From the NCBI RefSeq assembly GCF_037042905.1, contig NC_087252.1, positions 7,256,001 through 7,320,000 of the forward strand: a stretch of DNA of 64,000 nucleotides, read 5' to 3'. This stretch comes from Lytechinus pictus (lineage: Eukaryota). Both the position numbers and the translations under genes were made by a program. Of the stretch, positions 63,846-64,000 are shown one piece after another; within the stretch, counting starts at the first letter, position 1, and each line of letters starts with the position of its first letter. The notes beneath the pieces were generated by a model. It saw only the letters and a list, made by a program, of their open reading frames with translations, did no database searches and was not told where the DNA came from.

Positions 63846-64000
63846 AGGTGCTTGAAGTTTGATAATTATGGATGGTGTACAGAACGCAATGTGACATTCC
63901 CCTAGCTTATGGGGTCTATCAAATTGTACATTATTTTATTTGTGCATTTCTTGTACATATTTGATTGTATAGCAAACATTTGGATACCAGGCATGTATCC

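Noticed and set aside
1..64000. Autonomous transposase/RT genes, tRNA or rRNA genes, prokaryotic systems
   Set aside because: No long ORF with DDE, RT or Rep/Hel motifs and no complete structural RNA was recognisable; a specific gene symbol for the receptor cannot be assigned without the ectodomain.

Overview
AT-rich, intron-dominated animal DNA. The repeat inventory (Harbinger/Kolobok/piggyBac/CACTA-type MITEs, a HINE/Tsp-like element, tRNA-SINEs, many poly-G/C runs) suggests a sea urchin or other invertebrate deuterostome; that assignment is inference. Almost all ORFs in the supplied track are spurious. I could assemble the 3' part of a + strand, multi-exon, single-pass (type I) membrane receptor gene by hand, with every splice phase consistent: a stalk exon (16735-16794), a TM exon (24162-24263), cytoplasmic exons (24881-24899, a possible cassette 30736-30780, 39056-39122, 44982-45058, 46491-46563) and a last exon (57177-57296). 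The tail carries three Tyr motifs (AEYAMV, MHYADL, VVYSSI), i.e. an ITIM-type inhibitory architecture; the ectodomain lies upstream of the window. The most unusual object is a ~170-nt retroposon on the - strand (12579-13134). It has a 7SL/Alu-domain-like head, a B box, a Deu/Nin-like core, a (CA)n tail and a target-site duplication, so it is a candidate 7SL-derived SINE in a lineage where I know of none. Also notable is a minisatellite that multiplies an exon end and its splice donor about 8 times. All family names are from memory of consensus sequences; no database searches were run.
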